In this document: piece after piece, positions 60,101 through 64,000 of the stretch
How the letters are laid out: the number at the start of each line of letters is the position of its first letter
Position numbering within the stretch: the first letter of the stretch is position 1
Source: Mytilus trossulus
Taxonomy: Eukaryota
Reading direction: 5' to 3'
Assembly (NCBI RefSeq): GCF_036588685.1
Contig: NC_086374.1
Location: 17,732,001 to 17,796,000 of the forward strand
Length of the DNA: 64,000 nucleotides
Notes under the pieces: generated by a model
Told to the model about the DNA's origin: nothing
The model's input: the letters and a program-made list of their open reading frames with translations, nothing else
Database searches by the model: none
Translations under genes and position numbers: made by a program

Positions 60101-62240
60101 ACAATGGGAGCACTTCATATATACAAGGAGGTAAATAATTTAAATTTTACATGCTTTCTGAATTTTCTGTCATTGTCCCCTTTCAAACCTTCATTCTCTG
60201 ACAACATATGATTGCACAAAAACTTAAACAAATACACAGAGATCATCTTGGATATTTTGCAAACAGTGTAAGATGAAAAGATAAAGAAATATTTTCTAAA
60301 ACTTTCCTTGATCAACAAAGGTCTCGGTACCACTTTGGGCAATATCCTTTACTATAATTCGGTCAACTCCAAAATACTGTACCCTATATCTCTTAAACAA
60401 ATTATCAAACCAATTGCATTTACTTTTCACTTACAGACACGCGTTGCAGGATCTCTATATATTTACAACTTTAAGTCCAAATCTCATGATTGCACCTGCG
60501 CGAGTTCCCCATTCATGAATAATCCGACTGGCTACGTTATAACTGGCGGCTTAAACATTGTTAATAACACTTCTTTAAGAAATCAGCCAAATAATAAGTC
60601 CATGAAGACACATGCTTGCAGGTCCTCAATGCTTTTCAACTTCGTACTTTTGGTCTTTTAAAATTTTTGATTTGATGAGTCTTTTGATTACGAAAAGCGC
60701 GTTTGGCGTACAAAATTTCAATTCTGGTATCTATGATGATTTTTTATCCCCCATGTGTGTGTTAAAACAACATTGTTTGCAATTTGTAAATCACATACAC
60801 AAATTGCTTGACAAATGAATAAGGTATAGCCAATTAACTTGGAAACTCAACATATACCCCTATAACACTTACTTTGTTTGATACATAGATTAAAAAACTT
60901 TTTTTTTGTTGGGGCTCCCCAGTTATTCACGATGACTTCTCAATTACCAATATCAAGTTTATCAGCATTTAATTCCGTTCATAACAGTTATTGTGAAACT
61001 ACCCATTTAAGGGAGGCGTGAATCAGATGTGGATACTTCAAAATTTTAGAGATCTGTTAGAGTACATCTAAATACTTTTTTATTTACAAAATTATTTAAA
61101 CATTTGACTTCACTACACTGATACCGGGTATTACCTTCACCAGAAACGATCATACAGAATATCGAAGGCAAAGGCAGTAAATTGAAAAAGTTAGAAAAGT
61201 AACTGAAAGATTGATGTTTTTTCTCGCATTGAGAGACGAAGGAAAATAATAAAAATCTGAATTTATTTCAGGTTACTCCATCGGGTAAACGAGCGTATCT
61301 GCCCCCACAGTCTAGTTTAAATTCAGGAACTGCAGCACAGGTAAAGTTTATTGAAACCATTAAAAAATGGTCTTTATTTATTTCCAAATTCATATTTTGA
61401 CTTCTATCTGCTACTGAATCAATCTGTTTTAAAAATTGCATAAGGATATTTATGGTTGATATATACGCTAGAATTCTTGCTATGAGCTTGTTGATTTAAG
61501 GCTTGCACGAAAAGTCAAATATGGCTCATTTAATGCAGCAAAATAAGTAGTTTAATACGACCATATATGAAATATCACTGAATTTAGATAGGTGCAATCA
61601 TTTTTTCTACAAGAGTAGGAACATCACACTTGTTAACAACTAAAATAAACTCACTTCTACCATACATATGTTATATCAAAGACATGACATTTTTAGTAAA
61701 AACCATTATTAGAATATCAGGAAGCCTGTCTGATCAAACCTTTTTAAGCCAACCCCCAAAAGAGGAACAAAAGGAACAAGCCATTAATAGTGCAAGAAAC
61801 GATACGGTCAATAAATTAAAATACAAGAAGCATTAACAAAATATTAAGATGTAAAATGTAAAAAAAAATTACCGAATTCCAAGACAAATTCAAAGTGGTA
61901 ATTCATAAAAATTGACAAAATCAAACGCTCTCAATAAAACGGAACAGGGTAAAAAAAATGAGAATCAACAATAACACAATATATTTGATTTCCATTAGGT
62001 TTTTCTTTCTAAAATGTACATAAAATTGTGTATATTTTTTTTTAGAGTGGCGTCAGATCTTCCACAAGAACTCTTCTCTTTACTATCGCAGACGACCATG
62101 GTGCGATGTGGCATAAACAGCAAGTCAATATTCCAGTTTCTAATTCAAACTTTAAGATAATCTTATCTGGTGTTGTTGGAACTAGCTTTTACAGTGATTT
62201 AGCCATTGATGACGTCACTATCTCAACCGGAACGTGTTAA
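36180..62240 (+). CDS. Type II membrane collagen with Ig and MAM domains, ~928 aa: join(36180..36374,36989..37075,37915..37966,39654..39689,40378..40692,40954..41037,41191..41442,42509..42613,43741..43892,44474..44666,45799..46050,48494..48631,55446..55600,56452..56662,58623..58757,59970..60130,61272..61340,62046..62240)
   Basis: All 17 introns GT-AG with matching phases; 2787 nt open. Hydrophobic anchor [20 protein letters not shown]; ~45 Gly-X-Y triplets; two 252-nt phase-1 Ig exons (D.G.[HY].C); three MAM domains (C.FE..C.W, DHT, CL.F.Y, IAIDDV); AATAAA at 62303. Confidence 0.85.
37092..37164. mobile_element. Tiny palindromic MITE (CAG...CTG termini, hAT-like)
   Basis: caggggcggatccag ... 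ctggatccgccactg; a half copy lies at ~26920-26950. Confidence 0.55.
37357..37403 (+). ncRNA. Type I hammerhead ribozyme, slightly degenerate, in a retrozyme-like repeat
   Basis: gcgtca CTGATGA gac tcatgta gac GAAA cgcccg TC tggcgt; stem I gcgtca/tggcgt; mismatches in stems II and III. More decayed relatives at ~60670-60710 and reverse ~63625-63675. Confidence 0.65.
38899..38974 (+). promoter_or_regulatory. SECIS element (type II), copy 1
   Basis: ATGA(38914)-12 nt-AAA-mini-stem-..TGAT; helix II GGTATGAT/ACTGTGCC; helix I CTTC-TCATAT/ATATGA-GAAG. Confidence 0.75.
39165..39255 (+). ncRNA. Twister ribozyme, type P5 permutation, copy 1
   Basis: GGGGAGGG ... T|AACCCCGCC, P3 CGCA/TGCG, P4 CCTG-TCCCAAGT-CAGG, closed by P5 GGCTAGAGG/CCTCTGGCC. 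Confidence 0.8.
41765..42440. repeat. Intronic tandem duplication, 2 x ~336 bp
   Basis: tgctgaaa.tcaga.acggtcacct at 41765 and 42101; near-identical through ..acggaaattctgc. Confidence 0.9.
44673..44982. repeat. 26-27-bp minisatellite, ~11-12 copies, directly after the exon 10 donor
   Basis: (TTTATCAACCTAATTAAGATA[C]GTAA)n. Confidence 0.95.
46263..47222. mobile_element. Non-autonomous foldback element with TGT...ACA ends and TATA flanks (Ginger-like)
   Basis: TGTTACAGTGAATTTGTATAATCAG / CTGATTATACAAATTCACTGTAACA with subterminal cagggattat/ataatccctg repeats. Confidence 0.75.
48783..49033 (+). repeat. Structured dispersed repeat; further copies at ~36600-36817 and 49867-50065
   Basis: Shared gagcaggatctgct.acccttccggagcacctgagatcacc..ggggttcgtg..ggtatctttcgtccctcttt. 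Confidence 0.8.
50341..50416 (+). promoter_or_regulatory. SECIS element (type II), copy 2
   Basis: ATGA(50356) TGGTATGATACT AAA CCCCTAACGGG AAGG ATTGTGCC TGAT; 8-bp helix GGTATGAT/ATTGTGCC. Confidence 0.78.
50607..50697 (+). ncRNA. Twister ribozyme, type P5, copy 2
   Basis: GGGGAGGG..T|AACTCCGCC..CCTGTCCCAAGTCAGG..CCTCTGGCC; the C-to-T change in P2 keeps a G-U pair. Confidence 0.78.
51313..52327 (-). repeat. Tandem array of 442-bp units (~2.3 copies) each with a tRNA(Leu/Ser)-like Pol III head, anchored on (TA)n
   Basis: actcgtctaaac at 51321, 51763, 52205; minus strand TGGTCGTGTGGTCTAG (A box) and GGTTCGAATCC (B box). Confidence 0.9.
52328..54990 (+). pseudogene. Decayed Penelope/Poseidon-type element: RT followed by GIY-YIG endonuclease
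   Basis: [61 protein letters not shown]; in-frame stops at 53467, 53644 and 53941; 5'-truncated. Confidence 0.92.
54901..54941 (+). ncRNA. Minimal hammerhead-like motif in the Penelope 3' end
   Basis: TATTA t TGAAGA AGGA..TTCC GAAA TA TC TAATA: stem I TATTA/TAATA, palindromic ATAT in place of stem III, U at position 3. Confidence 0.5.
55498..55910 (+). repeat. Four tandem copies of the 103-bp 3' part of exon 13
   Basis: Units start gtcagttctc at 55498, 55601, 55704, 55807; the last has one extra A. Confidence 0.95.
57022..58351 (+). mobile_element. Non-autonomous Helitron
   Basis: 5' TCTATACTATTAAA; 3' hairpin gcccgcgatttcgcaggt followed by CTAG; inserted between A and T without TSD. Confidence 0.8.
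60240..60610 (+). pseudogene. Old Naiad-like pre-RT fragment
   Basis: [28 protein letters not shown] resembles the C.C...P.GHV.TGDL region recalled upstream of such RTs. Confidence 0.5.
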
Positions 62241-64000
62241 ACCAGACTTGCTTTACTGCTAAGACACATATTACAAAACCTTTTCCATAATGTACACTAC
62301 TTAATAAACGATATAAAAATTGTCTCAACATTGCATCTTTAAAACCTTTATGAATTCTTTGTAACTAGTGTTTTATACAATTGATAAGTTTTACAGTTAT
62401 GGACTGTTTTATATAAGAAGAAAAAAGGAAACAAGACTAGTAGTCAATTGTGCATTAGGAATTTTTGTCTGATGAAAATTTTCAGGAGGTATTTCTAGTT
62501 TTTTAAGAAGACGATTACTAAAAATTACACGACTGTTTTCATAAAAAGTCTAAAGAAGTAAAAAAACAAACTCGTAAGCTTATTTTTTAAATGTTGTGAA
62601 TTATTGCAATGAAGGATATGATAAAGCACACTAGTATGGTAAGAGTTTACCTAATATGAGTTTTAAACAGACCACCCAATAACTGGAAGAAACATATCTT
62701 TACCATCACACAGGGAGAGGCACAGTGTTGCAATCACCTTATTCGTTTACCCGTTCGCCCGTTCATTCATTGAGAAAAAACAAATGTGTTCGTAACATTT
62801 ATATCAGATACTACTGCATGAGCTGAATTATTACATGTTTTATGTCGTTGTTCTCCTCTTATATTTAACGCGTTTCCCTCGGTTTTAGTTTGTTACCCCG
62901 ATTTTGATTTTTGTCCATGGATTTATGAGTTTTGAACAGTGGTATACTACTGTTGCCTTTATTTGTAACCATCTCAACCCGTGCATGTATTACGTGTGTG
63001 CCTTCTTTGGATCTGCAGATCCCTAATGTCTGTTAACTGATACTTTGAAATTTTCATTATGTTATATAAGCTGTTTTTGTCACTCCAGTACTACTGAACA
63101 CACACGAAGACTTTATCTTTGAGCTGCAGCTTAACAATAATAAGTATCATTTAATTTCGGTACTTTTGATGTTGATTATTTAATATTTTCGGTGCTTATA
63201 TGTGCATTATGTTCGATAGTTTTGATATCATGTTTAGTAGTTTTTACATTATATTCGGTTCCGTTAATTTCAGTTTGAGCCAATAAAAAACATTTGCACG
63301 TAATAAAGAAGACACATCTGATCTAAAGTGTAGAAAAAGATGATTAGAACTGATACAAGAAAGCCCATGGAAAGTTCGTTATTCGTTTTAGTTTCCAGTA
63401 CATGACAAAAACAAGAGCACTTGCAAATAAAGTGACAACGGTGCAAATCATTTGACTATCATTATTCCGTTAGGTGTCTCGTCGGAATTTTTACATTTTG
63501 TTTCGTAAAGGTATCGTTATGGTTTACTTAACATGGCAAGTTTTGTCTATTCTTATGTCCCGAGTGGTACACTGTAGATATGTACACTGTAGATATGAAT
63601 AACATTAAGGGTACCAATTTTTCAGCAGTAAACGCACATAACGACAATTAATGTCTGTACAGTAATGCCCAAGGCCTAAAATTTGAAAATCCCCAAACGT
63701 TGTAAGAGCTGATCAAAGCAAATTGGACTAAAAGTATAGCCAACTCTGGAGGAAGCTATATTTGGAAACTAACAAGATTGACGTTTAAAATTTTATTGTA
63801 AATGTATACTAATAGCTTATTGGTAGGATCTTTACTATAATGATCTATAATCACTAAATATTTACAAATATAGAAACATGATAAGGAATTATGTAATCTA
63901 CTACATATGACTAGACATGGATACCAAAAGTAAAAGACATACACTTAATTTAACGATTCTCGTTTCAATATTTATTGCGCAGCTCATAGCATTTGTTGTC

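Overview
AT-rich, intron-containing animal DNA, most likely a bivalve such as Mytilus (inferred from repeat types and gene style, not verified). Host genes: the last four coding exons of an ERG/KCNH2-like K+ channel (853-3203, +); a two-exon LRAT/PLAAT-family gene (14564-15274, -); and an 18-exon, ~928-aa type II membrane collagen with the order TM-collagen-Ig-MAM-Ig-MAM-MAM (36180-62240, +). Mobile elements: (1) an intact two-ORF LINE whose ORF1/ORF2 junction carries both a U-UUU-UUA -1 slippery site and a UAAUG stop-start; (2) a three-level nest in which an EnSpm/CACTA-type element holds a 13.2-kb ISL2EU transposon, whose spliced THAP-DDE transposase and SWIM-YqaJ nuclease genes interleave on opposite strands, and a 119-bp MITE sits in the THAP exon; (3) two copies of a Naiad-type Penelope-like 3' end whose UTR strings together a SECIS, a pseudoknotted junction, a P5-type twister ribozyme and a fourth unexplained structure; (4) a decayed RT-GIY-YIG Penelope element fused to a 442-bp tRNA-headed tandem array; plus Helitron, MITEs, SINE and hammerhead-bearing repeats. 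All exon models and RNA folds were worked out by hand and need computational confirmation.
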